The notes beneath the pieces were generated by a model. It ran no database searches. It had not been told where the DNA came from and saw only the letters and a program-made list of their open reading frames with translations. A DNA stretch of 64,000 bases from an uncultured Rivularia sp. Its GTDB lineage: Bacteria > Cyanobacteriota > Cyanobacteriia > Cyanobacteriales > Nostocaceae. Location: contig OY762007.1 in the NCBI GenBank assembly GCA_963665115.1, positions 7,680,001 to 7,744,000 of the forward strand, in the 5' to 3' direction. The translations under genes and the position numbers were made by a program. Below, piece by piece: positions 30,877-42,547 of the stretch; position 1 is the stretch's first letter; each line of letters begins with the position of its first letter.

Positions 30877-33511
30877 TTATAACCAATTCCCTACTAGAAC
30901 ATAAGGTGCCCAGTAGAGTGGATGCTCGTAATTTGGGTCTTTTAATAAAAATAATTGGGATTTGCGTAATGCCTCAGCTTTGTTTTGTTTGGTATTACTT
31001 AACTGTTGGTAAAATTGACCCATTAAATTAGCTGTTGACTCATCATTAACTGGCCATAATGTTGCGAGAGTACTGCGTGCCCCTGCTTTTACTGCCATCC
31101 CTGCTAACCCCAAGGCTGCATGATTATCGCCGACGGCAGTTTCACAGGCACTAAGCACCAAAAGCTCAATTGCTTGGTGCTTGGGCAATTTACTCTGATA
31201 AAGTAAATTATCTAAGTCGTTAATCCGAATGCGGTCATTCCAAGTTAAAATAAATGTTTCTATTGCTTTGGAACTAAATTGTCCGTGAGTCGCAATATGA
31301 ACGATGGGGTAAAAGTCCGATCGCAAATTACTCTCTACATTTTTACGGGTGAATTCCTCGTTTAATAAAACTGTACTTGGTACTCCTAATTTAATTTTTT
31401 TGAATTCTTCTTCGACAAATTCCAAAGGTGAAAATCCTTGTCTGGCTTCACTTAGCCCAGCCCCCAGTACTTTAAAGTTATTCTGTTGTAGCTTGTGTGG
31501 TGGTAGTAGTTTTAAGCTTGGTGTGAAGGCAATGCTGTATTTTTCGAGTAAATATTGATCGCCATCATGGAGTACTCCTATGGGAATATTTCGTAATACT
31601 CCATCTGGTACTAATACTAAAGTTTTCACTCCACTACTAGCTAATTCTTTTTCTAAGGGACGAATTAACCAGTCGTACAGTTGTTTAGAAAAAGGCATAA
31701 AACTGTATCTGGTACGAATGACTAAATTCTGGCGTAGTTTTTCTACAGTGGTTTCTAGCTTTTGTTGAGACACTGCAATTGTGTAGTGGTGTAGTGGCTG
31801 CTGTGGCAAGCTGAGAATTACTTCTAAATTATTTTTAAGGATTATAGGATAAATAACTGCGGCTTGAGTATCAATGCGGTCAATTTCTGCGGGTTTGATA
31901 TCCAAACAAGCTTCACGAAAGAAGTTCTCTAGCTCTGCAAGTTGTAGGGATTCAACAACTTCACGGGCTTGCAACAAATGTTCTTGACTGGATTCTGATG
32001 ATTCGCTATGCACAAGCAAAGCAACAAGTTCTCGGTAAACTGGTTCTACACTATCCCGAAACGAAAACTGAATATCGGATTCCACTGCTAGCAAATCGCT
32101 ACGTAAAGATTGCAGAGTGCTGACTGATTGTTGATAAGCCGCGATCGCACTTTTGATATCTCTCCGTTTTTTGAGAATTCTTCCTAGCTGCCATTGCCAA
32201 CGGTATGATATCTCTGGGCTATTCATTGCTTGGGCTAGCATTAGGGCTTTTTCGGTCAATTTTTGAGCATTTTCTAATTGCTGAGTTTGTTCGTAGAGCC
32301 TACCCAGTTTACCCAGTGCATATGCTTCTAAGCGTTTATCTCCTAATTTTTTCGCTTGTTTATGACTGGTGGCGATTAATTCTGCAATCGTTGCCATGTC
32401 GGCGGTTTGGGAAACATTTGCTTGATGCAAGCGAGTTAAGCTTTGCGCTAGGTTCAACTGAGCGTAAATTGTTGTCCGGTTTGGGGGAAGTTTAGTTAAT
32501 GATGGTTGTATTTTACTTACAAGTAACCGTGCATTTACCCATTTTTCCAAGTCGATTAACAGGCTCAATTGATTCAATTGGGCGTTAATCCGATCGGATT
32601 GCGAGGGAGCAATATTTGCAGCTTGTTGATAAAAAATTAAAGCGGATTCGGGCTGTTGATTTGTATAGGCAATGTTACCCAAAACCAGTAAAGCAGAACT
32701 AATATCTGATGGTAGCTGCAATTTTTGAGCTAGTATCAAACTTGCATTCAAAACTTCTTCGGCTTTTTCTAAATCTCCTACTAAGCGTAAACTATTACCT
32801 AAGTTACGCAGTCCCAGCGGCTTTGGTTGGAGAATCTGCAAGCGAATGCAGAATTTTATTTACTTCTTCTAAGCTCGATAGGGCTTTGCGATATAATCCT
32901 AAAGACTTTAAAGCTTGGGATTGATTGATTAGACTGCGAATAACTCCAGTCTCACTTTTTGCTTTTTTATAAGTCTTTGCTGCTTGTTGCCAGGTTTCTA
33001 GAGCTACTTCCGGTTTTCCCGTGGCTAACTGGAGAGTTCCTTCAGTATTTAGGGCTTGTGCTAATACAGTTAACTGTTCTACAGAGAGACTACCTTCTAC
33101 CTGTACTAATTTCAAGCTATCGGTAATTGCTTGGGTTGCTTTATTCCATTGCCCTAACTGTTGATAAGTTAAGCAAAGATTGCTTAAAACCCTGGCTTGG
33201 TTGAGTCGATCTCCTTGCGATTGATATACTCGCAAAGTTTGTTGCCAAATTTTTAATGCAGCAGAAAATTGATCTGCTTGATAATATTCTCTGCCAAGTT
33301 GTTCTTGTTGCGCTGCATTAGATAATGTTGCCGCCGATTGTGGTGTTGAAGCTTGTACAAAAGTTGAAAATACACCTCCAACAGTTAATAAAAGGGTTAA
33401 AGCTATTCCTAGTAAAATCCCCAAAGAAAAACGAAACCAGCGATTGTATAGATATTTGAAAGGGTTTTTACTTGCGAAGTATAAAAAACTTTTTTGAATT
33501 TCCATAACCAT
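30877..33511 (-). CDS. TPR-CHAT (caspase HetF-associated) protease with N-terminal signal/TM segment (frameshift at ~32814)
   Basis: TPR repeats, with HIATHG and VLSACETA dyad, ATLWPVND, HPLYWAPYVLVGNWL. Removing one base joins PTKAAG-LRNLGN. Confidence 0.9.
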
Positions 33512-33659
33512 TTTTTGAATTCAAGATTAAAAATGTCAAATGAAAGATTAATTATATTTAATTTTTAATTGTTTAATTAAAGAGAAAAATATAAAAGCAT
33601 TCCACACGCTGCTTCAAGCCTCAAACTTAGCTGAGTCGCTAATTTTTAATTTTGAACTT

Positions 33660-35432
33660 TTAATTGTTTTGACAATTCCTCGAAGGTAAAGAACTGTGGA
33701 AAGTTAGATTCGGAACTTGTGCTGCCAGAAATATCTCCCCTTTATCATTCACCATTATTCCTTGGGCTTCTACTATCGCATCGGAAGAATGAGAAATTGT
33801 TTGGGGTGATGCAGCGGCTCTATATCTGTATAAATTATTTGTACTATTTTTACTGATAATTGGAGTGGTTGCTAAATCTGGCAGAATTTTACTGTCACCT
33901 AAGATCTCATCGGGGCTTGGCGGTAAACCACTTCGTCCAGTAATAAAGAATTTGCTACCCTCTGTTGATGGAGCTTCGCAGGTTTGGGCAATCAATTTTG
34001 AATTATCTGTCACTCTTTGGGGTAGTTGCACTAATACATTAGAGGCATCAACTTCGATGGAGTTGATTTTTGCAAAATTATTGATGTTACTAGAACCATC
34101 TGTAAAATCGCTGAATTTAGTTAGTCGATTGCTAAGTAATTTTTCATTTTCTATAGGTTCTATAGGTTCTATAGGTTCGATAGAATCAACAGGTTTAACT
34201 GGTAATTGTTCGCCAGATTCCTCTGCTATAACTTTGATTCCTACACGTGCCCCATCCCCGATAGTTAACTTTCGAGCTTCTATTAACACATCACCAGCAT
34301 TCCCCGAGCCTGTGGTTTCCGCGACTAAAAGACTCAAATCGTCTAATTTCAAATTCGAGGCACTAATAATTAATTTACCCACATTTCCCGTGCCCTGGGT
34401 TTCTGCGGAAACGATTGTCTGCGCTCCTTGAATGTTGATGATATTCTTGGCTTTAAGAATGACATCCCCACTTCTTTCGGCATCAAGTGAGATCGCCCGA
34501 ATCGAAGAGTCATTTATATTCAGGCGATCGCCTTTAATACTAATTCCACCATCATTTTTAATCCCAGATGATGTTTGTGTAAAAAGACGGGATTGATTCA
34601 AAGTCACTGCCTTACCTTGAAGCTGAATATTGCCACCACCAACATCAAGCGAAGATTTATCGAGTTGAATATTTTTAAAATTTTGGTTATCTGTATATCC
34701 CAAAGCAAATCCTTGAGAGTTTGGAATCAAGCTAACGAAACTATTATTTTTAACGGCACCTAACTCGATCCTACCGTCGGGAACGCTGATATTAGCACCA
34801 TCTCCTTTGATTTCACCCCCTATAAGTGCCAAGGTAGTATTTGCTAGCCCCTGGAGTCCCGTAGATTGATTTACAATCGCTTCAGCCTTGTTGCCAAATT
34901 GCAAACCTAAAGGAACGGCAATAGTAAGTAAGGATTTTTGAGGATTAATGGTGCTAAAATCATCCCCATTAGAAAATTTGATGCTGCTAGCCGTACTGCT
35001 AAGAAAAGAACCACCAATATCCAAGGAAGCATTTGAACCGAAGATAATACCGTTGGGATTAATTAGAAAAAAGTTAGCGCTACCTTGAGTTTGAATTAAA
35101 CCGTTGATGTTCGATTCCAAACTACCCGTGACGCGGTTGATGATATTTGCAAGATTTGAATCATTTTTGAAAATAACAGAGCCGTTTTGAGGAACAGAAA
35201 ATTCTTTAAAGCTATGGAAGAGATTATTGCCTGTTCTTGTTCCCCCTCGAATTAAAAAATCAAGCCCTTGTTTTGTCCCTGATGAAACTTCCGTAGATGT
35301 CGGAAGAGTGCTATCGCCTGAAATTTGTGCTTTACCTACAGGGATTCTACTTAAATAACAAGTAATTCCAGCAGCTATTGCAATATAGTAAAAACACGGT
35401 ATTTTTAATTTTATATCTGGCTTCTTATGCAT
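33660..35432 (-). CDS. Filamentous hemagglutinin N-terminal (TPS) domain protein
   Basis: NLFHSFKEFSV, NIINRVTG, FLINPNGIIFG, C-terminal FFITGRSGLPPSP and IVEAQG. Confidence 0.9.
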   Translation of the reverse strand: MHKKPDIKLKIPCFYYIAIAAGITCYLSRIPVGKAQISGDSTLPTSTEVSSGTKQGLDFLIRGGTRTGNNLFHSFKEFSVPQNGSVIFKNDSNLANIINRVTGSLESNINGLIQTQGSANFFLINPNGIIFGSNASLDIGGSFLSSTASSIKFSNGDDFSTINPQKSLLTIAVPLGLQFGNKAEAIVNQSTGLQGLANTTLALIGGEIKGDGANISVPDGRIELGAVKNNSFVSLIPNSQGFALGYTDNQNFKNIQLDKSSLDVGGGNIQLQGKAVTLNQSRLFTQTSSGIKNDGGISIKGDRLNINDSSIRAISLDAERSGDVILKAKNIINIQGAQTIVSAETQGTGNVGKLIISASNLKLDDLSLLVAETTGSGNAGDVLIEARKLTIGDGARVGIKVIAEESGEQLPVKPVDSIEPIEPIEPIENEKLLSNRLTKFSDFTDGSSNINNFAKINSIEVDASNVLVQLPQRVTDNSKLIAQTCEAPSTEGSKFFITGRSGLPPSPDEILGDSKILPDLATTPIISKNSTNNLYRYRAAASPQTISHSSDAIVEAQGIMVNDKGEIFLAAQVPNLTFHSSLPSRNCQNN

Positions 35433-36015
35433 AAATTGGTAGCTCCCTGTTTTCCGATCGAAATAGCGTTTAAAAATTAAAATATAAATCTACTAATTAT
35501 CGATTCTGTAGAAATGTTGCACCGCAAAATTTGAGAGGATAAAGCTTTTGATAACTTATTTGCTTCATGTGTAATTAAATTGCCAAGTATTAAGCTTACG
35601 GCTCGGCAAGGTTACTTAAAAAAAATCAAGGCTGCAACATATGTTTTACCCAGTTTTGTAGCATAAACAAGACAATTGGTAGAGAAAATAATAGAACTGA
35701 CACTTCTCATATTGCCCAAAATTTAGCCTTAAACTCACATTATGCCAATATTTAAGCAAAGCTGTCATCTTGCTCTAACAAGCACGCCGATTTTAAGCAA
35801 GAAATCAAGCAACAAAAATCAGTTAATAGAACTATTCTGTCATGGTTAATACTTAAGTAATAACACTATAAAATTAGATTCATATATAATATTGATGCTG
35901 CGAAACGAGAGCTAAATTAGGAGTTTTGCTCTAGCATTTTATTGATATATGGGCTATTCATAGAGATAAGACAATTGATGCAAATGAAAGTATCAGATCG
36001 GGCATAAAAATAACA

Positions 36016-36672
36016 ATGAAATTTAATAAAAGAGCATTTACCACAATATTTTTGACAACTTTACTTACCTGTTCCTACGCTTTGCCCTCTCAAGTAATGG
36101 CAAACTCCTCACAGAAATCTAGTTCTCAACAAAAAGAAGGCTTGCCAAATGCCAATCGTAGACGAGGGGCTGGCTCGCGGGGATGCGATAAGCATACTGC
36201 TGGGCACTTAATGGCTTTGGTACCAGAAAATAAACAGGTATTAACAAAATCAAACGATCCAAAATTGTTGTTCCACTTACCCAAAACTTCTGCTCCTATG
36301 GATGTGGAATTTGTCATAGCGGATGCAAAACATAATCCACTATATGAAAAGAAATTTCAGACTAGTGATTCTGCGGGAATTATTACTGTGAGTGTACCTG
36401 AATCGATCGATCTTAAGAAAGACGGGAAAATTCGTTGGTATTTATCAATCGTGTGTAATTCTCAAAGTCGAGCTTATGACATCGTTGTAGATGGGTGGAT
36501 GAAACGAGGAGAAGTTAATGCTAATTACTGGCAAGATGCATTAGCCAAACTAGCAGAGCTTCGCCGTCAGCATCCCCATGATTCCCAGTTAACTGCTAAA
36601 TGGAAAGAATTGTTGGAGCAGGAAAACTTAGGTGCGATCGCCCAGGAGCCGCTTTTAAATATCAACATTTAG
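36016..36672 (+). CDS. DUF928 domain exported protein
   Basis: Signal peptide, RRRGAGSRGC, LMALVP, WYLSIVC, WQDALAKLAELRR...WKELL. Confidence 0.85.
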   Translation: MKFNKRAFTTIFLTTLLTCSYALPSQVMANSSQKSSSQQKEGLPNANRRRGAGSRGCDKHTAGHLMALVPENKQVLTKSNDPKLLFHLPKTSAPMDVEFVIADAKHNPLYEKKFQTSDSAGIITVSVPESIDLKKDGKIRWYLSIVCNSQSRAYDIVVDGWMKRGEVNANYWQDALAKLAELRRQHPHDSQLTAKWKELLEQENLGAIAQEPLLNINI

Positions 36673-37340
36673 TACACTGCCACATTAATTCTGGTGGGTA
36701 AAAAAGGTTTGTAGTAAGGACTTTAGTCCTTGATTAGAGGATTAAAATCCTCACTACGAACCCTTTAAAATTAATGCAATCAACTACTAATAGTCCTTTT
36801 CATTTGTTTTGATGGGTTGTAGAGACGTAGCAGTGCTACGTCTCCCGACGTTAGGTCGAAAACGAACCCTTCATAATTTATGCAATCGACCACTAATAGT
36901 CTATTTCATTAGTTCTGACGGGTTGTAGAGACGTTATACATCACGTCTCCCAAGGTTTACCGAGAAAACGAACCAGTCAAAATTAATGATTTGGACTACT
37001 AATACCCAACCACGATAATTCTGCGGGGTACGTAGTTGCGCTTCAGCGCCTCATATTCCGGTATCCGGAGGCGCTGAAGCGCAACTACGAACAATTATTA
37101 ACCCCGCAAAATTAATGTGGTGGAGTACTAATAGTCCTTTTCATTAGTTTTAATGGGTTGTAGAGACGTAGCAGTGCTACGTCTCCCGACGTTAGGTCGA
37201 AAACGAACCCTTCAGAATTTATGAAATGAACTACTAATACTCTGCCACATTAATTTTGAGGGGTAATGCATTTGTAGTGGGAGCTTCTAGCTCCCACTAC
37301 GAAATATAAAACCCGTCAGAATTAATGAAAAGGACTACTA
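36670..37340 (+). mobile_element. Tandem array of six family A MITE-like elements sharing TA junctions
   Basis: Units 36670-36789, 36788-36895, 36894-37001, 37000-37130, 37129-37236, 37235-37340. Each has ~30 bp imperfect TIRs and a GTAG-bounded hairpin core. Confidence 0.85.
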
Positions 37341-37383
37341 ATTGCTGTTGTCTCAAGAACGAAAATAATCCTAACCCTTAAGT

Positions 37384-39946
37384 GTGTTTACTCAACTTTC
37401 TCAACGATTTTCATCCCTAATATCTGCAATTAATAGTCGTAGCAAGCGTCAAGTCAAAATATCGCTTATCGCACTCAACTGGAAGCAATCGGTAGTTGCT
37501 GCCAGTATTATCATGACGGGATTAGTATGGGGTGTGAAACAAATTGGCTGGTTGCAGTTTCTTGAATTAGTTAGCTTTGATTATATGGTGCGCTTGCAAC
37601 CCGATGCTGGCAAGGATTCCCGGCTGTTGGTGGTAGCAATCACCGAAGAAGATATTAAAAATGAGAACCAATGGCCGATTAGCGATCGCACTCTTGCGAC
37701 AGTGTTGCAAAAACTACAACAGTCTCAGCCAAAGGTTATTGGTTTAGATATGTACCGCAATGTCCCAAAACTACCAGGGCGTGAGGAATTCCTCAAACAA
37801 CTTGAGGCTGATAATATTATTGGTATTTATTACATCGGCGATACTGCTGTAGGAGGTGTGTCTCCTATTCCTGGTATTGCTGTAGACAAACTCGGTTTTA
37901 ACGACGTTATTATTGATGATGATAATGTAGTCCGACGGAATTTTCTTTTTGGCTACGAAGGAGAAAAGAAGCATTATTCTTTCTCTTTACAATTAGCTCT
38001 TAAATACCTAGAAGAAAAAGATATTTCTCTAAAAGTGACACCTGATGCTCTGCACTTAGGCAACACCGTATTTACTCGGTTAGATTCCCATGCAGGTGGG
38101 TATAAAAATGTTGACAATGCCGGTCGTCAAATAATGATTTCCTATCGCTCAGAGCAGTCTGTAGCAAGGGTGGTATCGCTTGGAGAAGTTTTGAATGGTA
38201 AAGTCGATCCAGAATGGGTTAAGGATAAGGTAGTGCTGATTGGTACTACAGCCCCTAGCGCCAACGACTTTTTCTTAACTCCCTACAGTGCCAGTCAGTC
38301 AGCAAATCACAGTATGTCCGGGGTAGTGCTACACGCTCAGCTTGTTAGCCAACTGCTGGGCACTATCTTAGACCAAAAACCGCTGATTTGGTATTGGGCT
38401 GAATGGTCGGAAGTATTATGGGTATGGAGTTGGGCTTTTATTGCAGGTTGTTTGGCATGGCGGCAGGGGCATCCATTGTTCCAAGTCTTAGTAACAATAG
38501 TTTCGTTGGGAATACTATTTGGTTGTTGTTTTAGCTTTTTTATCCAAGCAGGCTGGATACCCTTCATTCCACCAGCAGTAGCATTTTTGGCTACAAATAT
38601 AACTATTCTTGCTCATAGGGCAGTTTACAACAATTATTATGATGTTTTAACAGGACTACCCAATCGGCAACTTTTCTTACAGCATTTGGAATGGGCGATT
38701 GCCGATGTGAAAGTTTCCCAAAATAACCTCTTTGCCGTACTGTTTATAAATATTGATAGTTTCAAACTGATAAATGAAAGTTTTGGTCATCATCTTGGCG
38801 ATCAATTCTTAGTTGATTTTACCCATAAATTAAAAGCCTCTTTGGGAGGTAAAGGAACTCTAGCAAGGCTTGGAGGAGATGAGTTTGCTATTTTGATAGA
38901 AAAAATTTCAGAAAGCAACCAAGCAATTCAATTAGCTGATTTCCTGCAAAAAGAAATGAGTTTGCCCTTTAAAATTAATCAGCAAGAAATATTTACCAGT
39001 CTCAGTGTTGGTATCGCTTTCAATCAAAAGGAACTCGAGCATCAATCAGTAGATTTGCTGAGAGATGCCCATACAGCTATGTATCGGGCTAAAGACTTGG
39101 GTAAATCCCGTCACGAAGTTTTTGCTACTGGTATGCATACCCAAGTAATAAACCGTTTGCAGCTAGAAACAGAATTACGTCGGGCTATAAACAATATAGA
39201 CAAAGAAGAATTTTATTTAAACTATCAACCCATTGTTTGTCTAAAAACCAATCAAATTGCTGGTTTTGAGGCACTTGTACGCTGGAATCATCCCCAAAGA
39301 GGATTTGTTTCTCCTGTAGAATTTATCCCAATTGCAGAAGAGACGGAGCTAATCATTCCCTTGGGGCAATGGATTTTAGAGTCAGCTTTTCATCAGTTAT
39401 CAGTTTGGCAAACACAATTCCCTTCAAACCCGCCACTGATGATGAGCATCAATCTTTCGGGAAATCAGTTAGCTCAAGAAAATTTAGTTGAAGTAATTCA
39501 ACAACTGCTCAACACAACCGGGATAGATCCACAAACTATAAAATTAGAGATTACTGAAAGTGTAGCCATGCAAGATGTGGAAGCTGCGATATCCATACTG
39601 CTCCAACTGAGGAGTTTAAACCTACAGCTAAGCATTGATGATTTTGGTACGGGATATTCTTCTTTAAGTTATTTACATCGCTTTCCAATTAATACTTTAA
39701 AAATTGATCGTTCCTTTGTTAATCACATGACTGATGCTGATGAAGATGCAGCGATTGTTAAAACTATCATCATGCTTAGCGATAACTTGGGAATGGATGT
39801 AGTTGCTGAAGGTATAGAGACAAAATCGCAGCACCTAAAACTTATTGAGCTAGGTTTCCGAGTACGGACAAGGTTATTTATTCTCGAAGCCATTAGATAG
39901 CGATAATGCGAGTAAATTGTTGAAAGAAGACAAACTTTTTTTATAA
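37384..39946 (+). CDS. CHASE2-TM-GGDEF-EAL c-di-GMP signalling protein (frameshift at ~39856)
   Basis: DSRLLVVAITEEDI, GVVLHAQ, 3 TMs, DVLTGLPNR, GGDEF, FEALVRW, DDFGTGYSS. Removing one base restores EYGQGYLFSKPL and a stop at 39946. Confidence 0.92.
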
Positions 39947-40091
39947 AGAAAAGATACATTACTCCTGTGCTGCTATAAAATTACCAGCGTCGAATTAGAG
40001 GGGGTAGAGTAAATTCTTAATTTCTAACTCACTACTCTCTACTCATAACTCCTAACTTTGAATGCCCAATGCCCTATTCCTAAATTAAATC

Positions 40092-40658
40092 ATGAACACC
40101 CCATCTCACGCTATTCTCAATTTGGTTGTTTTCAGCGAAAAGCTCAGAGCCAAAGCTAGTTTGGCAATTTTTATCGGTGCTGTTTTACCAGATGTACCAA
40201 TTTTTATCTTCTACTTTTTGATGAAATTTGTTTACCGTTATCCAAGTAGTAAAATTTGGGGTGAAATATACTTTCAACCTTTTTGGCAAAATATTGTCAG
40301 CATCTTTCATTCGATACCTCTAGCTTTAATAGGGGTTTTGATTTGCCATTTTGCAAAATGGAGAGTTGTAGAAATCGGATTTATTAGTATGGTGATGCAT
40401 TCTTTATTGGATTTACCAGTTCACAATGACGACGCTCACCGCCACTTTTATCCTTTTAGCAATTACCGTTTTATTAGCCCTTTTTCTTATTGGGATGCCA
40501 ATCATTATGGAGCAATAGTGGCTTTCGTGGAAATGTCGCTGGTTTTAGCTTCTAGTGTTTATTTATTTTCAGGATTTCGTTCTTATTGGGTTAGAGGTTT
40601 AATGATATCGGTGAATGTGGTTTATTTATTTGGATATTTTCGGTTTTATCTACGATAA
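40092..40658 (+). CDS. Membrane protein, putative metal-dependent hydrolase
   Basis: MNTPSH, GAVLPD, FHS, HSLLDLPVHNDDAHRHF. Confidence 0.7.
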   Translation: MNTPSHAILNLVVFSEKLRAKASLAIFIGAVLPDVPIFIFYFLMKFVYRYPSSKIWGEIYFQPFWQNIVSIFHSIPLALIGVLICHFAKWRVVEIGFISMVMHSLLDLPVHNDDAHRHFYPFSNYRFISPFSYWDANHYGAIVAFVEMSLVLASSVYLFSGFRSYWVRGLMISVNVVYLFGYFRFYLR

Positions 40659-40823
40659 TCAGTTATCAATTATCAATTATCAATGAACAATTATCATTTT
40701 TACGTTTAAGAGGATTTAAAAGTTAGATTTAATACCTTACTGAGTACTGAAGAATCATTTAATCCTTTTAAGAAAGCAATGCAAATTAGGAAATAAAAAA
40801 TTTCTAAAAGCATGAATATTGAT

Positions 40824-40962
40824 GTAGAGACGTAGCACTGCTACGTCTTCAACAGTTGACGTACAAAGCCAATATTAAGGAAAATCATCGCCCTAAGCTT
40901 ATTTCACAAGATTGTGAGTACAACCCAAAATACGGGGAGACGTAGCAGTGCTACGTCTCTAC
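40824..40962. repeat. Inverted pair of GTAGAGACG REP hairpins (REPIN-like), no TIR shell
   Basis: TGTAGAGACGTAGCACTGCTACGTCT at ~40824 and AGACGTAGCAGTGCTACGTCTCTACA at ~40937, between convergent genes. Confidence 0.75.
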
Positions 40963-40967
40963 AATAA

Positions 40968-41786
40968 CTACCAACTACCTACCAACCTCTGATAATACTC
41001 CTGTATGTTTGGTGCTTTTGTTTGTGGTGATGCGAGTTTCAAGACTGCTTCTAATAACCAGGGTGCTAGACGCTGACACCATATTGCTAAATGACTCTGC
41101 CAACCAACTAAAATCTCTGGTGAGTCTTTTCGCAATCCTTTGACAAATGCTTGCGCTACTTCTTCGGGTGACATGGGGATCACTCCGCGATATAGTTGCA
41201 AGTCTTTTACCATCTCTGTGTCTGTCAATGTTGGCAATAATGAGACTACTTTGATGTTGTGAGGTGCTAACTCGCGACGTAAGGCTTCGGTAAATCCCAA
41301 GATTGCAAACTTAGTTGCTGAATAAGTCGCCATTGTGGGAGCCGCTACTTTCCCCATTAAGCTCGATACGTTGACAATCGTGCCCTGATTTCGTTTTACC
41401 ATCCGTCGTGCCACCATGTGTGTCATGGTGTAAGTTCCCAGCAAATTTAAAGATAATTCTTCTTCTATTTGAGGTAACTTAGTTTGCAAAAACGAATTTT
41501 GGTGAGCTACACCGGCACAATTTACCAGCATATCGATTGAACCATAGCTGCGCCAAAGTTGAGCCACTGCAACCTTAACAAACATTGGTTTTGTCAAATC
41601 TAACGGCATCATTACCGCTTCGACACCCATCCCTTCAACAAGTTTGGCGACTTCGGCTAATTTATTGCGGGAGCGTGCCACTAATATCAATCGTTTCACT
41701 TTTTGCCGAGCTAATTCTATGGCGATCGCCCTTCCAATTCCACGGGAAGCGCCAGTAATTAAGGCTGTATATCCTTGAATATTCAT
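40968..41786 (-). CDS. Short-chain dehydrogenase/reductase
   Basis: TGASRGIG, VNCAG, YSATK. Confidence 0.9.
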   Translation of the reverse strand: MNIQGYTALITGASRGIGRAIAIELARQKVKRLILVARSRNKLAEVAKLVEGMGVEAVMMPLDLTKPMFVKVAVAQLWRSYGSIDMLVNCAGVAHQNSFLQTKLPQIEEELSLNLLGTYTMTHMVARRMVKRNQGTIVNVSSLMGKVAAPTMATYSATKFAILGFTEALRRELAPHNIKVVSLLPTLTDTEMVKDLQLYRGVIPMSPEEVAQAFVKGLRKDSPEILVGWQSHLAIWCQRLAPWLLEAVLKLASPQTKAPNIQEYYQRLVGSW

Positions 41787-42398
41787 GATTGTTCTCCATG
41801 CTTTGATTAGTGCAATTTTTCTTTTCGTCGATATGTCTGATGATGTTTGCTTTAATATCGACTCAGATTTAATACAAGGGAAGAAAAATTAATAGAATTG
41901 AAATACAGACAGGTTGTGTCTATAGTTAATTTCTCTAGCTAAATTAAAATACTTATAGTGATGTTCAGATTTCTCAGATCGTGGTTGTAATACTAATGTT
42001 CTTACAACCCTCAGTTGCAGATATAGCCGATCGATTTCATATCCCCCAGACGTGAATTTAGATCGCCGTTCTTATGCACCACACTCTAACAACTTAATCA
42101 AGCTATTGCAACAAATTTTAATAAGAATTTCTTAATACTTCTTTACACATAGTATATATGAACAATCTTTTTTCAGATAAGTTTTATTTAATAGTTGTTC
42201 TGAAATAACAACGATCCCCAACAATTTAGAGATTTTGGTTACAGAAGATACCGTTTTAATTGCTGCAAAATCATTGAATATCGCGGGAAAGAATACAAAT
42301 CAGCCTAATAAAAAAGACTTGCTATAGCAAGCCCACAAATTATTTATTCTTTTTGACGTTTTTCGTCGTAAACTTAAATTTTTTAACTACTTTTGTTA

Positions 42399-42541
42399 GG
42401 GAACATCCCAATTTCGCGAAAAGCCTACAGGCTAGAAGCCTGGGGCTAATACTACGAAGCCCACCTTCGTGGGCTTTGTTTTTGTAGCCGCACCCTTACA
42501 GGGTGTCGGATAAAATATTTATTCAAAATTGGGATGCTCCC
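42399..42541. mobile_element. MITE (family B) with 16-bp TIRs and 8-9 bp target-site duplication
   Basis: GGGAACATCCCAATTT...AAATTGGGATGCTCCC, flanked on both sides by TTTTGTTA. Several internal hairpins. Confidence 0.8.
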
Positions 42542-42547
42542 CTTTTG

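Noticed and set aside
33865..34431. 188-aa plus-strand ORF (and similar shadows such as 14867..15355 and 48841..49167)
   Set aside because: Antisense shadows of well-supported genes.
36670..37340. CRISPR array
   Set aside because: The repeats are degenerate TIR junctions, the 'spacers' are recurring palindromes (U2 and U5 cores are identical), and there are no cas genes.
41983..42010. GGTTGTAA...TTACAACC as an NtcA box
   Set aside because: The spacing is not GTA-N8-TAC. It is only a short palindrome of unknown role.
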